From: Mustelus asterias
Lineage: Eukaryota
Assembly: GCF_964213995.1 (NCBI RefSeq)
Contig: NW_027590172.1
Coordinates: forward strand, 744,001 to 808,000
Reading direction: 5' to 3'
DNA: 64,000 nucleotides
Shown here: positions 12,381 to 25,371 of the stretch, piece after piece
How positions within the stretch are numbered: position 1 is the stretch's first letter
Layout: the number at the start of each line of letters is the position of its first letter
The notes under the pieces: generated by a model
What the model was told of the DNA's origin: nothing
Databases searched by the model: none
Seen by the model: only the letters and a program-made list of their open reading frames with translations
Position numbers and translations under genes: made by a program

Positions 12381-12899
12381 ACATATTAAATAGAGCAGGA
12401 AAATACATGGGCATTGAATGGAATCTGACTTCTCCAACTGGAGTCAATGGGAGCTGTCTTGAGAACACATTGTCTGGACACTATTTTCAATAAAATACTG
12501 GAACTCTGCATATCTCCCTGCACAGCACATTTCTCCATTCAGCTTGTTCCATTTTTGTACATGGTTCCCTCTGATTCCTGTCTCTGTGTCTCTCAGCCCG
12601 CAGTAATTTACCGTGCTGTCAGTCAGCAGCTCGTGGATGGTTCCTCACTTTTCAAACTGTCGAATGATGCAGAAAATTAAGTCCCCATACCCTCTGCTCT
12701 AAAAACACTTCCGTAATTAGGGATGTGGATGAAGAAGTTAGGAGCTTTATCCTGGACTTGATGGTACAGCCGTAAGGAATATGAATGAGCTGTGCTCGAA
12801 AAACTCTAATTAATTGTAACTGATTCTCCCTCAAACTGTGTCATTGTAACTGGCTCCTGTGAGACACGGACACTAAAACTGATTTATTTTACATATTCT

Positions 12900-13125
12900 G
12901 ATATATCCTGACCATTGATTAACTGTAAATAGCTCCTGAACCTTGGGGAGGAAAGTGTGCAGGTGACTTTCTCCCTCTCTGATGCCCCACCATGACAGCA
13001 GCTCAGACTCCAGCTCAATAACCCTGAGCACAGATTCCGCCAGCTGCAGACACTCGCCACAGATATGATTGTCCAGGTTTGCACAAACTCTCACATGCTG
13101 CAGTTCTGGCACACCACCTGCCCTG
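12900..13125 (-). mobile_element. CR1 ORF1 N-terminal remnant
   Basis: HICGECLQL...LRVIELESEL zinc-knuckle/leucine-zipper pattern. Confidence 0.6.
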
Positions 13126-13198
13126 TGAAGAGCATCAAACTCCCGTCCAGTTACAGGAGAAATAAAAAAGGATTAACAACAGCATTCAACCCCTGCAG

Positions 13199-13705
13199 TT
13201 ACACATGAACTCGCTGGTGTCTCAGCAGGTTGGATGACCGATTGAATCCCTTCCCACACTCTGAGCAGGTGAACGGCCTCTCCCCACTATGAGTGTGTTG
13301 GTGTGTCTGGAGATTGGATGATTGAGTGAACTGCTTCCCACACACAGAGCACCTGAACATTCTTTCCCCAGTGTGAACTCGCTGGTGTTGAATAAGATGA
13401 GATGATTGTCTGAATCTCTTTTCACAGTGAGGACAGCTGAATGGTCTCTTGTCAGTGTGAACAAGCTGGTGTTTGATTAGATCTGGAGAGGTTTTAAAGC
13501 AATCCCCACAGTAAAAGCATGTATATGGTCTCTTGTCACTGTGAACTCTCTGGTGTGACCCGAGGCTGGATGACTTTGTGAATCCCTTCCCACATGTGGA
13601 GCAGATGAACGGTCTCTCTCCAGTGTGAGCACGTCGATGGGTTTCCAGCTGGGATGGGTAACTGAATCCCTTCCCACAGTCCCCACATTTCCATGGTTTA
13701 TCCAT
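13199..13705 (-). CDS. C2H2 zinc-finger protein, 6 fingers, 168 aa (no KRAB/SCAN exon seen)
   Basis: Six CxxC-x12-HxxxH units with TGERP-type linkers; ATG in ggcaccATGg Kozak context; upstream acceptor ttttttacag|G at ~14064. Confidence 0.85.
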   Translation of the reverse strand: MDKPWKCGDCGKGFSYPSQLETHRRAHTGERPFICSTCGKGFTKSSSLGSHQRVHSDKRPYTCFYCGDCFKTSPDLIKHQLVHTDKRPFSCPHCEKRFRQSSHLIQHQRVHTGERMFRCSVCGKQFTQSSNLQTHQHTHSGERPFTCSECGKGFNRSSNLLRHQRVHV

Positions 13706-14264
13706 GGTGCCGGTATCCTTGTGTCTCTCCAGATTGGATGATCAGTTGAAGCCTCGTCCAAACATGGAATACGTGTATGCTTTCTCCCCGCTGGAAATGG
13801 TGTGATTTTCTTTCAGGCTGTGTTACTGGTTAAAGCTCTTTCCACACTCAGTTCACTGGAACAGTCATTCGGGTGTATGTGTGTGTGTCTCGGTGCTTTC
13901 CCAGTCACATCGATGCTTGAAATCTTTCCCCACAGGCAGAACAGAGAAACATTTCTCCTTTCACAGTGAAAGGTCGATGATATTTAGCTCTTGATTAATT
14001 CAGTGACTCTGACTGATCGCAAAGAAATGTTTTTCTGTCTTCAGATCATCTCCTACTGACCCCCTGTAAAAAGAATTGATGGTGTCAGTATCACTCAGTC
14101 CAGGATAGAAATTCAGAACAGAAATATCTAGTTTCTGTGCAACATTCCCACCCTCTGTTCTTCCAAATATGTGATCCAATCAAACTAAAATACGCTAAAA
14201 TCAGCAACAAAGTCCTCACAAAAGGAAAGGGAATGTTCTTAACTAAACCAGAATGTTTTTTACA

Positions 14265-15480
14265 AACACATGAACAAGGAGCTGAGGTAGGCCATTCAGC
14301 CCCTCCACCATTTATTAAGACTGTGGCTGATTTGATAGTAACCTCAAATCTGCAAGATGCTTACCTCTGATAATCTATCGCCCCCTTGCTTACCAAGAAT
14401 CTAACCACCTCTGCCTTAAAAATATTCAAAGATTCTGCTTCCACTACTTTTTCAGAAAGAGAGTTTCAAAGAGTCACAACCCTCTGAGTGAAAGAATTTC
14501 TCCTGACCTCTGTTTTAAACGGGCGACCCCTTATTTTAAACAGTGACCCCTAGTTCTAAGTTCTCTCGCAGAAGGAAACAGCCTCTTCACAACCACCTTG
14601 TCAAGACACCTCAGGATCTTATAATGGTTTAGTCAAGTCTCCTCTTGGTATTCTAAACTCCAGTGGATACAAGCCAAGTCTGTTCAAACTTTCCTTACAA
14701 GACAATACACCCATTGCTGCTATTAGTCTGTTAAACCTTCTCTGAACTGCTTCCAACATATTGACATCCTTCCTTTAATAAGGTAACCAATACTGTACAC
14801 AATACTCTAAATGTGGTCTCACCAATGCCCTGCACAACTGAAGCACAACCTTGCTACTTTTGCAATCAACTCCCTCACAATAAATGGTAACATGCTATTA
14901 GCTTTCCTAATTACTTGCCCTGCCTGTATAAGAGCCTTCTGTGATTCATGCACTGGGACACAAAGGTCTCTCTGCACCTCAGAGCTCTGCAATCTCTCAC
15001 CATTTAGATAAGTTTATCTTTTATTCTTCCTGCCAAAGTGGACATTTCACAGTTGCCCAATTCTACTCCATTTACCAGTTTTTTGCCCACTCACTTATCC
15101 TATGTGTATATTTTTGTAGTCTCCTTATGTCATCTTTACGACTTATTTTCCTGCTTATAGTACATTGGCCATGCTTAGTGTCCAAAGATGTGTAGGTTAG
15201 ATAGTCTAACCATGATGAAATGTGTGGCATTATAGGGATAGGGCTGGTGGTGGGCCCGGGTAAGATGCTCTTTTGGAGAGTCAGGGCAGACCTTATGGGC
15301 CAAATGGACTCCTTCTCCACTGTATGTATTCTATGGTTTATGCTTCTATGGTCTATCTTGTGTGATTATCAAATTTGGCAATCATTGCTGCAATCCCTTC
15401 ATCAAAGTCATTTCTATATATTGTAAACAGTTCAGTTCCCAGCAGTGATTCCTATGGCACACCACTTGCCAAAAGGGTCA
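14265..15480 (-). mobile_element. Decayed CR1 LINE with a SINE fragment inserted at ~15165-15345
   Basis: Antisense CR1 ORF2 motifs with many lesions. Confidence 0.8.
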
Positions 15481-15484
15481 CCCA

Positions 15485-15925
15485 GATTTCCCTCAGTGTA
15501 CCTGAACAGGCGCCGGTGTGTGGCGACTGGGGGATTTTACAGTAACTTCATTGCAGTGTTAATTTACCCTACTTGCGGCACTAATAAATAAACTTTAAAC
15601 GTTAATGATCCACAAACTCCTCTGGGCAGCACAGTGGTTAGCACTGTTGCCTCACAGCGCCAGGGACCCTGGGTGCTTTCCCAGCTTGGGTCACTGTCTG
15701 TGTGGAGTTTGCACGTTCTCCCCGTGTCTGCATGGGTTTCCTCCGGGTGCTTCTGTTTCCTCCCACAGTCTGAAAGACGTGCTGGTTAGGTGTATTGGCC
15801 ATGCTAAATTCTCCCTCAGTGTACCCGAACAAGCGCCGGAGTGTGGCGACTAGGGGATTTTCACAGTAACTTCATTGCAGTGTTAATGTAAGCCGACTTG
15901 TGACACTAATAAATAAACGTTGAAA
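15485..15925 (+). mobile_element. Alternative-tail V-SINE (15623-15925) preceded by an isolated tail (15485-15600)
   Basis: Family motifs. Confidence 0.8.
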
Positions 15926-15939
15926 CTTTCTATTGGTTC

Positions 15940-16335
15940 CTGTGACTCTGCGGGAACTCGGACCCTCATTGGAAACAGACACTAAAGCCCCGCCCTCTAT
16001 TGCGTCACCAAGGAGGGCACGCATGCGCGCCATTCCCCGTTGGAACAAGATGGCGGCCGTTAACTACGGCTTTGTCCCGGGAAACAGACACGGAGCTGCA
16101 GACACGGGACCTTCAGGTCAGTATTTGGGGTTTGAGGCTTTCACCACGTGTTTCGAAACATTCCCCGTTCCACGGTTGGCAATATCACTCCCTCTCGGTC
16201 ACCATATTCTTACCCGTTTGGAGATACGACGAACAACAAACACTCCGTTGGCCATTGCTGCGCATGCTCCGAATACAGAGCGCTATTGCGTTTGCGCACT
16301 GCCCTGGATAGGGGACATCCACCGCCGCGGAGAAC
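15940..16335. promoter_or_regulatory. Bidirectional CpG-island promoter shared by the ZNF genes at 13.2 kb (-) and 18.8 kb (+)
   Basis: NRF1-like GCATGCGC at 16021, YY1 AAGATGGCGGC at 16047-16057, GC box ~15988; plus donor CAG|GTCAGT at 16116/7; minus donor CGG|GTAAGA at 16214/3. Confidence 0.75.
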
Positions 16336-16844
16336 TCTGGGGAAAGTACCCACCATCTACTGTCCAAATTAATTTTTCTGCTATGATGTGGGGATTAGGG
16401 CGGCGAGGCAAATAAATGAAGTTAGGAACCAAATAAAATGAAAATCCAAGTGCACAGATCCTCCATAGAAAGAAGGAAAGTGCGAATTGGTGGAGAATCA
16501 AGAGTTCACAAAGCAGTGGCAAGAACTGCAGAAACCAACCCCTGCAATCACATAGGAACTGACCAAGTGAATCCTATCAGTGAGTAATTGTATGACCTCG
16601 TGTATGACTTAGATCATATATTTTAGTCATGTTAGCACACTAATAAAACTGAATTACTGGAAACAGGCTGCAGCTCTTTTCATTTTCATTTACTACAGTA
16701 TGCAGGTGTCACTGGCATCTATTATCATTGCTGAATACTTTTGAGAAGGTGATGATAATCTGTCTTCCCTAACCACAGCAGCCCATGGAGGTTTCGGATG
16801 GTTTCTGGGTCCCCAGAATATTAGCCTGGGCCTTTGGATTACTA

Positions 16845-17640
16845 GCACGGTAGCACAGTGGTTAGCACTGCTGCTTCACAGCTCCAGGGTCCCGGGTTCG
16901 ATTCCCGGCTCGGGTCACTGTCTGTGTGGAGTTTGCACATTCTCCTCGTGTCTGCGTGGGTTTCCTCCGGGTGCTCCGGTTTCCTCCCACAGTCCAAAGA
17001 TGTGCGGGTTAGGTTGATTGGCCAGGTTAAAAATTGTCCCTGAGATGTGTAGTTAGAGGGATTAGCGGGTAAATATGTGGGGGTAGGGCCTGGGTGGGAT
17101 TGTGGTCGGTGCAGACTCGATGGGCCGAATGGCCTCCTTCTGCACTGTAGGGTTTCTATGATTCTTTCTATGATTCTAGTCCTGTGATATTACCACTGTG
17201 TCACCATCTTCCATCACAAAAAATACTCATTTTAGCATTTCCTGCTATTGAGGCAATTTTGTATCCAAAATGTAACTTGCTCATGGATCTCTTGAGATTT
17301 GATGTTTCTGCCCAGTCTGCCATGTGGGAACACTGTAGATGTGGATAGAATGTTTCCTTGTGTGGGAGAATGGGTGGCACAGTGGTTAGCACTGCTGCCT
17401 GACAGCGTCGGAGACCTGGGTTCAATTCCCAGCTTGGGGCACTGCCTGTTCGGAGTCTGCACATTCTCCGTGGGTTTCCTCCCACAGTCCAAAAGACGTG
17501 CTGGTTAGGTGCATTGGCCATGCTAACTTCTCCCTCAGTGTATCCGAACCGTGGTTAGAGTGTGGCGAGGCGGGGATTTTCACAGTAACTTAATTGCAGT
17601 GTTAATGTAAGCCTACTTGTGACACTAGTAAATAAATAAG
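16845..17640 (+). mobile_element. HE1 SINE (16845-17178) and alternative-tail SINE (17372-17640)
   Basis: Family motifs. Confidence 0.82.
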
Positions 17641-18135
17641 TAGAATCATCCAAAATGAGGGGCCAGAAATGTAAGATAGTCACAGACAAATGGTATGGTA
17701 TGGAGGGGAGATCCTATGAGGAGAGGCTGAGGGATTTGGGATTGTTTTCGCTGGAAAGGCGGCGGCTAAGAGGGGATCTTATTGAAACATATAAGATGAT
17801 TAGAGGTTTAGATAGGGTGGATAGTGATAGCCTTTTTCCTCTGATGGAGAAATCCAGCACGAGGGGGCATGGCTTTAAATTGAGGGGGGGTAGTTATAGA
17901 ACCGATGTCAGGGGTAGGTTCTTTACCCAGAGGGTGGTGAGGGATTGGAATGCCCTGCCAGCATCAGTAGTAAATGCGCCTAGTTTGGGGGCGTTTAAGA
18001 GATCCGTAGATAGGTTCATGGACGAAAGGAAATTGGTTTAGGTTGGAGGGTCACAGTTTTTTTTTTAACTGGTCGGTGCAACATCGTGGGCCGAAGGGCC
18101 TGTTCTGCGCTGTAATGTTCTATGTTCTATGTTCT
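17640..18135 (+). mobile_element. CR1 3' end
   Basis: [20 protein letters not shown]...FFTQRVV; (TATGTTC)n tail. Confidence 0.9.
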
Positions 18136-18762
18136 ATGTTCTAAATCCAATAGGGGAAATAAGGAGAAATGTGTTGATCAGAGCAGCTACAATGTGGAAC
18201 TCGCTACTACAGGAAATAGTTGTGGCAAAAAACCTTTCAAAATGAAACAAAATGAGTGGATAAGAGGGAAAAGAATAGAATGAGAAAGTGAAAGACTGAG
18301 CTGAGGGAGGTGGAATGGAAGGAGATGCTTGTGGAGTATCAACAACAGCAGAGACTGACTGGGCCAAATGGCCAGTTTCTGTTATGTATATTCTGTGTAA
18401 TTCCATATAAACTGTTTCCACAGGATGTTCGAAGAGGAGGATTTACAGATAGGAAAAAAAATAATTTTTAAGATCTTCAGAGTGACACAATTCATCAGGA
18501 CCTGAATATCATTGGCTGTTCAATGTGGAAGGAAAAATGCTTTTCTGTTCAAACATCAGTGTGACTGGAAAAGCACCGAGACACACACACACCCGAGTGA
18601 GAGTGTTCCAGTGAACTGACTGTGGAAAGAGCTTTAACCAATTACACAGCCTGAAAAAAACATCACACCATTCGCAGCGAGGAGAAACTGTACACGTGGT
18701 TTATGTGTGGTTGAGGCTTCAACTGATCATCCAACCTGGAGAGAGACAATGACACTGGCACC

Positions 18763-19269
18763 ATGGAGAAACCATGGAAATGTGGGGACTGTGGGAAGGG
18801 ATTCAAATACCAATCTCGGCTGGAATATCATCGACACACTCACACTGGGGAGAGACCGTTTCTCTGCTCCATGTGCGGGAAGGGATTCACTCGGTCATCC
18901 GACCTTCTGAGACACCAAACCACTCACAATGAGGAAAGACCATTCACCTGCTCCACGTGTGAGAAGGCATTCATTCAATCATCCGATCTCAGGATACACC
19001 AGCGAGTTCATACTGGAGAGAGGCCATTCACCTGCTCTGACTGTGGGAAGAGATTCAGTCAGTCAGCCCACCTGCTGGCACACCAGCGAGTTCACACGGG
19101 GGAAAAGCCGTTCACCTGCTCTGAGTGTGGGAAAGCATTCATCCATTCATCCCACCTGGTGAGACACCAGCGAGTTCACACTGGGGAGAAGTTGTTCAAC
19201 TGCTCCATGTGTGGGAAGGGATTCACTCAGTCACCCCACCTGGTGAGACACCAGCGGCTTCACAAATGA
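18763..19269 (+). CDS. C2H2 zinc-finger protein, 6 fingers, 168 aa
   Basis: Six canonical fingers with HTGERPF linkers; ggcaccATGg Kozak; acceptor tgtttccacag|G at ~18423; AATAAA at ~19391. Confidence 0.87.
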   Translation: MEKPWKCGDCGKGFKYQSRLEYHRHTHTGERPFLCSMCGKGFTRSSDLLRHQTTHNEERPFTCSTCEKAFIQSSDLRIHQRVHTGERPFTCSDCGKRFSQSAHLLAHQRVHTGEKPFTCSECGKAFIHSSHLVRHQRVHTGEKLFNCSMCGKGFTQSPHLVRHQRLHK

Positions 19270-19874
19270 CTGCAGGGATTAGATTCTGCTGTTAATCACA
19301 TCCAGAACTGAACCATGTTCATTCTGACAGTTAGCGTTTCCTTCTGCTGAAAATAATTTAACTGAAGTTTTATATTCTGGTTATATGTCCAATAAACCAG
19401 CTTTGTTTTGAACCTATTGTTTTAGATTTTTATCTTTCCCACCTGAGTGTTTAACATCACCTGTCTGGGGCTCAAAAAGGACAATCTGGGGGAGGATCGT
19501 ACGGCAGGAACAGAACTTCAGGCTGGACACAGTCCAGGAACATGGTGACCATCCACATTTTGTCCCTGTTGAATAAAATCAAACACAGTGTTTATTCTCC
19601 ATCCAGTTATCTGACCTTTTCTATTTGTACAGCTCACACTGATCTCCCTGGTAACAGATATTGTGCTTCCTTCCCTCATTTCCAATTAGTTATTATAAAA
19701 TCTGTTTCTTCCAATCTATCTGGAACATCAGGTGGACTTTCCCAAGTGGAATTGAGACAGAGGTGAGATCAGCCATGATCAGATTGAATGGCGGAGCAGG
19801 CTTGAGGGGCTGAATTGCCGACTCCTGCTCCTAGTTCTTATGTTTTTCAGTTAACGATCATCACTGTCCCTGTG

Positions 19875-20285
19875 AGGGAATGTTTCTATCCTGGACTCGC
19901 TGTGATGGATTTTGGAAACTCCTTTCAAATGGACTTAGAGGGGGAGGATTTACACATCGTAAACCCAAACCAAGAAAAATATTTGTCTTTGATCAATCTT
20001 TAACTTTGGACATTTTTTTCACAGGACTTCAGAAGCTCAGTGGTGGAAGGCAAAAAACTCAAACAAATCATCGCAGCAGCATCTGACGCTATTGCCTAAA
20101 TAATTGTAATCTGAATATTATTGTAATTTGAACATGGAAGGGGAAAGCACGGTTAACAGTGGAGAGAAGCCACGTGTTCTGTGAGTGGACAAGGATCCAG
20201 CCAGTCACCTGGCCTGTCAAGGCACAAGCACAGTCACACTGGGGGGAAACCATGGAAATGTGGGGACTGTGGGAAGGGATTAATT
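19875..20285 (+). pseudogene. Truncated C2H2 ZNF pseudogene (acceptor module plus 1.5 decayed fingers)
   Basis: Same upstream acceptor module as the other ZNFs, then [13 protein letters not shown]..., [17 protein letters not shown], breaking off at a poly-C run. Confidence 0.7.
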
Positions 20286-20604
20286 TGTTCATTCCACCCC
20301 CCCCCCCCCTTTATCTTTATCTCATCTCTCTTCACTGACAGCAAAGTCCCCTGTGGGTTAATCCTGAGTTGCGTGAGAAATGTGTCCCAGCCGCTCTCTT
20401 CCATGACTCTGAGCTCCTGGACACGGAACAGAAACTCCTTTACAATGTGTTTTAGAGTCAGGAAGAACAACAGTGAATAATGGAAACGGGCTGTCAAATC
20501 AGAGATTGGTGTAAAACTGGGATCTGTTCCTGACTGAGTAAAATGGCAGGTTTAAGTTTCAAAATGTTAGTGTAACATTTCTGAATCTACCAGTGTAAGG
20601 TAAT

Positions 20605-20980
20605 GGTAACAGAATCACAGATTACTACAGTGCAGAAGAGACCCTTCGGCCCATCGAGTCTGCACTGATGCATGAAAGGCCCTGACCTGCCCACCTAATC
20701 CCACTTGCCAGCACTTGGCCCATGTTATGAATGTTATGGTGGTGCCAAGTACTCATCCAGGTACTTTTTGAAGGATGTGAGGCATCCCGCCTCCACCACC
20801 CTCTCAGGCAGTGCATTCCAGACTGTCACCACCCTCTGGGTAAAGTTTTTCCTCAAATCCCCTCTCAACCTCCAACCCCCCACTTTTATCTTGTGTCCCC
20901 TCGTAACTGACTGTTCAACTAAGGGGAACAGCTGCTCCCTCTGCACCCTGTCCATGCCCCTCATAATCTTGAACACATCA
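20605..20980 (-). mobile_element. CR1 3' end
   Basis: ORF 20734..20976 carries CR1 motifs. Confidence 0.85.
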
Positions 20981-21189
20981 AGTTACATTTCTATATGGAA
21001 CCTTTAACCATTTCTCCCCTTCCATTGACTTCAATGTGATGGAAGCTGACTGTTAGAATGTCAACATATAAAATATATTTACAAATGATTGGACAGTTTC
21101 TTACATTTGGGATCTTTCTCTGTTTTGTGCACTTGAGGTGTTAGATAACAGACTTTCTCATGTGACTATCCAGCAGGAATATTAGTTTT

Positions 21190-21472
21190 AAAGTTCTTTT
21201 TTATCCGTGTCACAAGTAGGCTTACATTAACACTGCAATGAAGTTACAGTGAAAATTCCCCAGTCGCCACACTCCGGCACCTATTCGGGTACACTGAAGG
21301 AGAATTTAGCATAGCCAATGCACCAAACCAGCACAAGAAAACCAGAGCATCCAGAGAAAACCCGCACAGGGAGAATGTGCAGACTCTACATCGATAGTGA
21401 CCCAAGCCAAGAATTGAATCCATGTCCCTGGTGCTGTGAGGCAGCAGTGCTAACCACTGTGCCACCGTGCTG
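21190..21472 (-). mobile_element. Alternative-tail V-SINE
   Basis: Family motifs. Confidence 0.8.
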
Positions 21473-21744
21473 TCCAAAATCAGTTGTGAAACACAAATCA
21501 ATCTGATTTTAAGGCTTCCTGGTGCAATAAACTGATCATGCTCTTCCCAGCTAACACCATTTCACACCCGCATCTGTTAGATTTTAATGTGATTGTCCAA
21601 CGTAGAAACCTTGCATCTTTTAGCCACTTTGAATTCATACACCCCCTTCTCCCTCCACCCGCTTCTCCCTCTCCCCCCCCCCCCCCCCCCCACCACCCAA
21701 AGAGATTGTCTTTGAAATCAGTCGTTCCTGAATAATATAAAATT

Positions 21745-22075
21745 GTGTATAAAATTATGAAGGGCATAGAGTGAACAGTGGGAAGCTTTTTCCCAGGTCA
21801 GAGGTGACGAACACAAAGGGGCACAGGTTCGGCAAGGTTCAACACAGATGTCAGGGGGACGTATTTTACACAGAGGGTGGTGGGGGCCTGGAATGCACTG
21901 CCAAGCAAGGTGATTGAGGCAGACACACTGGGATTGTTTAAGACTTATCTAGATAACCACATGAACAGACTGGGAATAGAGGGATACAAAAGAATGGTCT
22001 AGTGGGCACATGAGCGGTGCAGGCTTGGAGGGCCGAAGGGCCTGCTCCTGTGCTGTATTGTTCTTTGTTCTTTGA
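21745..22075 (+). mobile_element. CR1 3' end
   Basis: FTQRVVGAWNALP motif; TTCTTTG tail. Confidence 0.85.
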
Positions 22076-22263
22076 TGACAGTATTAAGCTTCGCTCTAAC
22101 CTGTCCTAAACCTCCTGTCAGTTCATTAATTGAAACCAGGGACTCTCTCCCTTGTTTTAACCTGTCTGCACGGTTATTCCTTTAATTTAGCTCTTGAATT
22201 GTTTGTGAATTGTTTGATGTTCCCACATCTCAGTGACAAATGTTGAGCTGTTTGCTCCACGCT

Positions 22264-22669
22264 GTAAGAAGTCTCACAAACCCAGGTTAAAGTCCAACAG
22301 GTTTATTTGGTCGCCCAAGCCACTAGCTTTCGGAGCGCTGCTCCTTCATCAGGTAAGTGGGAGTTCTGTTCACAAACAGGGCATATAAAGACACAAATTC
22401 AATTTCCAAAATTTACAAGATGGAGACAATACACATCTCTTTAACCTGTGCTTGACCCCCTCTCCACTCACATTGTCTGTACCTTTAAGACTTGATTACC
22501 TGTAAAGACTCGCATTCCAACCATTATTTTGTAAATTGAGTTTCTGTCTTTATATGCCCTGTTTGTGAACAGAACTCCCACTTACCTGATGAAGGAGCAG
22601 CGCTCCGAAAGCTTGTGGCTTTTGCTACCAAATAAACCTGTTGGACTTTAACCTGGTGTTGTGAGACTT
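22264..22669. mobile_element. Penelope-like element remnant with inverted arms; interrupted by CR1, tail resumes at ~23263
   Basis: Arms of ~140 bp (22264-22405 / 22530-22669) are reverse complements; each carries CTGATGA-stem-GAAA. Confidence 0.7.
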
Positions 22670-23262
22670 AAGAACATAAGAAATAGGAGCAGGAGTAGGC
22701 CATCTAGCCCCTCGAGCCTGCCCCGCCATTCAATAAGACCGTGGCTGATCTGAAGTGGATCAGTTCCACTTACCCACCTGATCCCTATAACCTCTAATTC
22801 CCTTACCGATCAGGAATCCATCTATCCGTGATTTAAACATATTCAACAAGATAGCCTCCACCACTTCAGTGGGCAGAGAATTCCAGAGATTCACCACCCT
22901 CTGAGAGAAGAAGTTCCTCCTCAACTCTGTCCTAAACTGACGCCCCTTTATTTTGAGGCTGTGCCCTCTAGTTCTAGTTTCCTTTCTAAGTGGAAAGAAT
23001 CTCTCCACCTCTACCCTATCCAGCCCCTTCATTATCTTATAGGTCTCTATAAGATTCCCCCCTCGGCCTTCTAAATTCCAATGAATACAAACCCAATCTG
23101 CTCGGTCTCTCCTCATAATCAACACTCCTCATCTCTGGTATCAACCTGGTGAACCTTCCCTGCACTCCCTCCAAGGCCAATATATCCTTCCCCAAATAAG
23201 GGGACCAATACTGCACACAGTATTCCAGCTGCGGCCTCACCAATGCCCTGTACAAATGCAGC
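22670..23262 (-). mobile_element. CR1 3' fragment inserted into a Penelope-like element
   Basis: ORFs 22760..23125 and 23037..23264. Confidence 0.88.
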
Positions 23263-23449
23263 ACTTCTTACTGTACTAATACATGTGACAATAATAAATC
23301 AAATTGTGCATTCAAATTGAAATTCTGTTCTCCAAGGGATGAGTTCAAAGATAAATAATTGCTGCGCTTAATTGTTGAATTAATCCCTGCTGTCTGTGTT
23401 GAATGAACCCATCTCAGTGACAAATGTTGATCTGTTTGCTCCGCACCGT

Positions 23450-23550
23450 AAGAAGTTTAACAACACACCAGGTTAAAGTCCAACAGGTTTATTTGGTAGC
23501 AAAAGCCACACAAGCTTTCGGAGCTCCAAGCCCCTTCTTCAGGTGAGTAA
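23450..23550 (-). mobile_element. Penelope-like element arm (second subfamily)
   Basis: CCAGGTTAAAGTCCAACAGGTTTATTTGGTAGC... with a minus-strand CTGAAGA-stem-GAAA. Confidence 0.65.
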
Positions 23551-23619
23551 AGCCACAAACAGAAAGGTCCAGTTTTCTCCTGGACTTTGACACAAAGCAG
23601 CCTTCACAATGATGCAGAG

Positions 23620-24100
23620 TTTCAACCAATGAGGGAGATCCGGGCTCAGCCCCGCCTTTCATTCACTCCGATTGGTTGGAGGACCAACCGCTCCCGCTCA
23701 GTCCTCCAGCCCCGCCCCTCATTCACTCCGATTGGTTGGAGGACCAGCCGCTTCCGCTCGGTCCTCCAGCCCTACCCCCTCTTCCTATTGGTCCGGAGCT
23801 GCCGTCAATCACAGAATATTGAGTACATGCGCAGTGTGGATGAGCTTTGGCCGATTCACAGACGGTGAGTTTCCGGCGTGGCCGGAGAGATAGAGCTGGT
23901 GGGTGGATGGAGAAGCTTCATAAGCACTCGTAATGGATCTGAAAGCAGCATAAGGTGCTAACGGTCCCGCATCTGTATCTCTGGGGCAACAGCTGCTCCG
24001 CGCCGCTTCGCTCCGCTCGGTAACAAACCCGGGTTAACGGCCACCATCTTTGGGGCGATGTGCAGGAGTGCGCATGCGCGCTGCTCCCTGCCAGCAGGAG
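23620..24100. promoter_or_regulatory. CpG-island promoter and first exon of the 25.4-kb ZNF gene
   Basis: Repeated GC box + CCAAT units (23627-23790), CATGCGCA at ~23826, donor ACG|GTGAGT at 23864/5, NRF1 GCGCATGCGC at 24070, minus-strand AAGATGGTGGCC at ~24039-24050. Confidence 0.75.
23640..23795. repeat. 60-bp tandem duplication (2.5 copies) in a ZNF promoter
   Basis: CAGCCCCGCC..CATTCACTCCGATTGGTTGGAGGACC..CCGCT.CCGCTC.GTCCTC repeats with a period of 60. Confidence 0.85.
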
Positions 24101-24574
24101 GAGAGAATGTTGTGAATTTCTCTCCTGGACTGACAGGGATGGACTTTGGAAACTCCTTTTACAGGGAGTGAGAAGGGGAGGATTTACACACAGAAAACTC
24201 AACCCAAGAGAAATATTTATCTCTTCTAAATTTCTGTCCTGGATTAACAGTGATTTTTGTTTTGTAATCTTGATTTACAGAATACGACAATTGGAAAATT
24301 CAAACCGAAGATCACATCACATCTGGCAGCCATCCCGTTCTTTAGAATCTGAATATCATCAGCTTTTGAATGTGAAAGGTCAAAGGTTTGTCTGCTCTGT
24401 CTGTTGGGAACGATTTCAGATTTCTGGGGTGGCACAGTGGTTAAGCATTACTGCAACACAACGCCAGAGACCCAGGTTCGATTCCAGCCTCGGGTGATTG
24501 TGTGGAGTTTGCATGTCCTCCCCCATATTTCCTCCCACAGTCTAAAGATGTGCAGATTAGGTGGGTGGCCAATA

Positions 24575-25040
24575 ACTGGTGTGAAGATAATCCCAGAAAC
24601 TATAGTCAGTTTAATCTTGGCGATCGGGAAAATTCCTGAAACAATAATTGAGGACAAATTTAATAGTCACCTGAGTAAATGTGGGTTAATAAGGAAAGCC
24701 AGCATGGATTTGTGAAGGGAACTAACCTGCTTAACCTGTTTTTTGATGAGGTTACAGACACCAGTGTTGAGGATAATGCTATTAATATGGTGAACATGGA
24801 CTTCCAAAAGGCATTAGATAAATTGCTGCACAACAGACTTAGGAACAAAGTTATGACTCGTGGAATGAAAGGGACAGTAACAACATTGACACAAAATTGT
24901 CCACGGGACAGGAAACTCATGAAATATTGGTTAATGGATGTTTGGGAGTTCCTCAGGAACTGGTGTTAACACCCTGCTCTTCCTAATGTACACAAATGAC
25001 CCAGACCTTGGTGTTCAGGAACAGTTTTGAAATTAGTGGA
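24575..25040 (+). mobile_element. Decayed CR1 RT fragment
   Basis: SQHGFVKG..NL..FFDEVT...MDFQKALDK. Confidence 0.8.
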
Positions 25041-25371
25041 GACAGTCTTCTGTAGACCCAGACCGTGTGGCAGGTTCCCTTCTCCGAAGGATATCAGTGA
25101 ATAAGGTGCATTTTTACAACAATCCAGCAGTTTTCATTGTCACTTTTTCCCAGTGACGGACGTACAAATGACCAGATTAATTCAGTTCAATTTCACAAAC
25201 TGCCTGTGTTTTTATGAGTTCTCTCTCACTCCCTTTTTTTTTGTTTTGAAACAGTTATACAGGGTTTTAGAAGAGCAGGATTTGCAGTCGGGAAATTGAA
25301 ACGAAACATCACATCACAACCTGGTGGAGTTTTCCAATGTATCATAACCTGAATATCATTTGATTTTGAAC

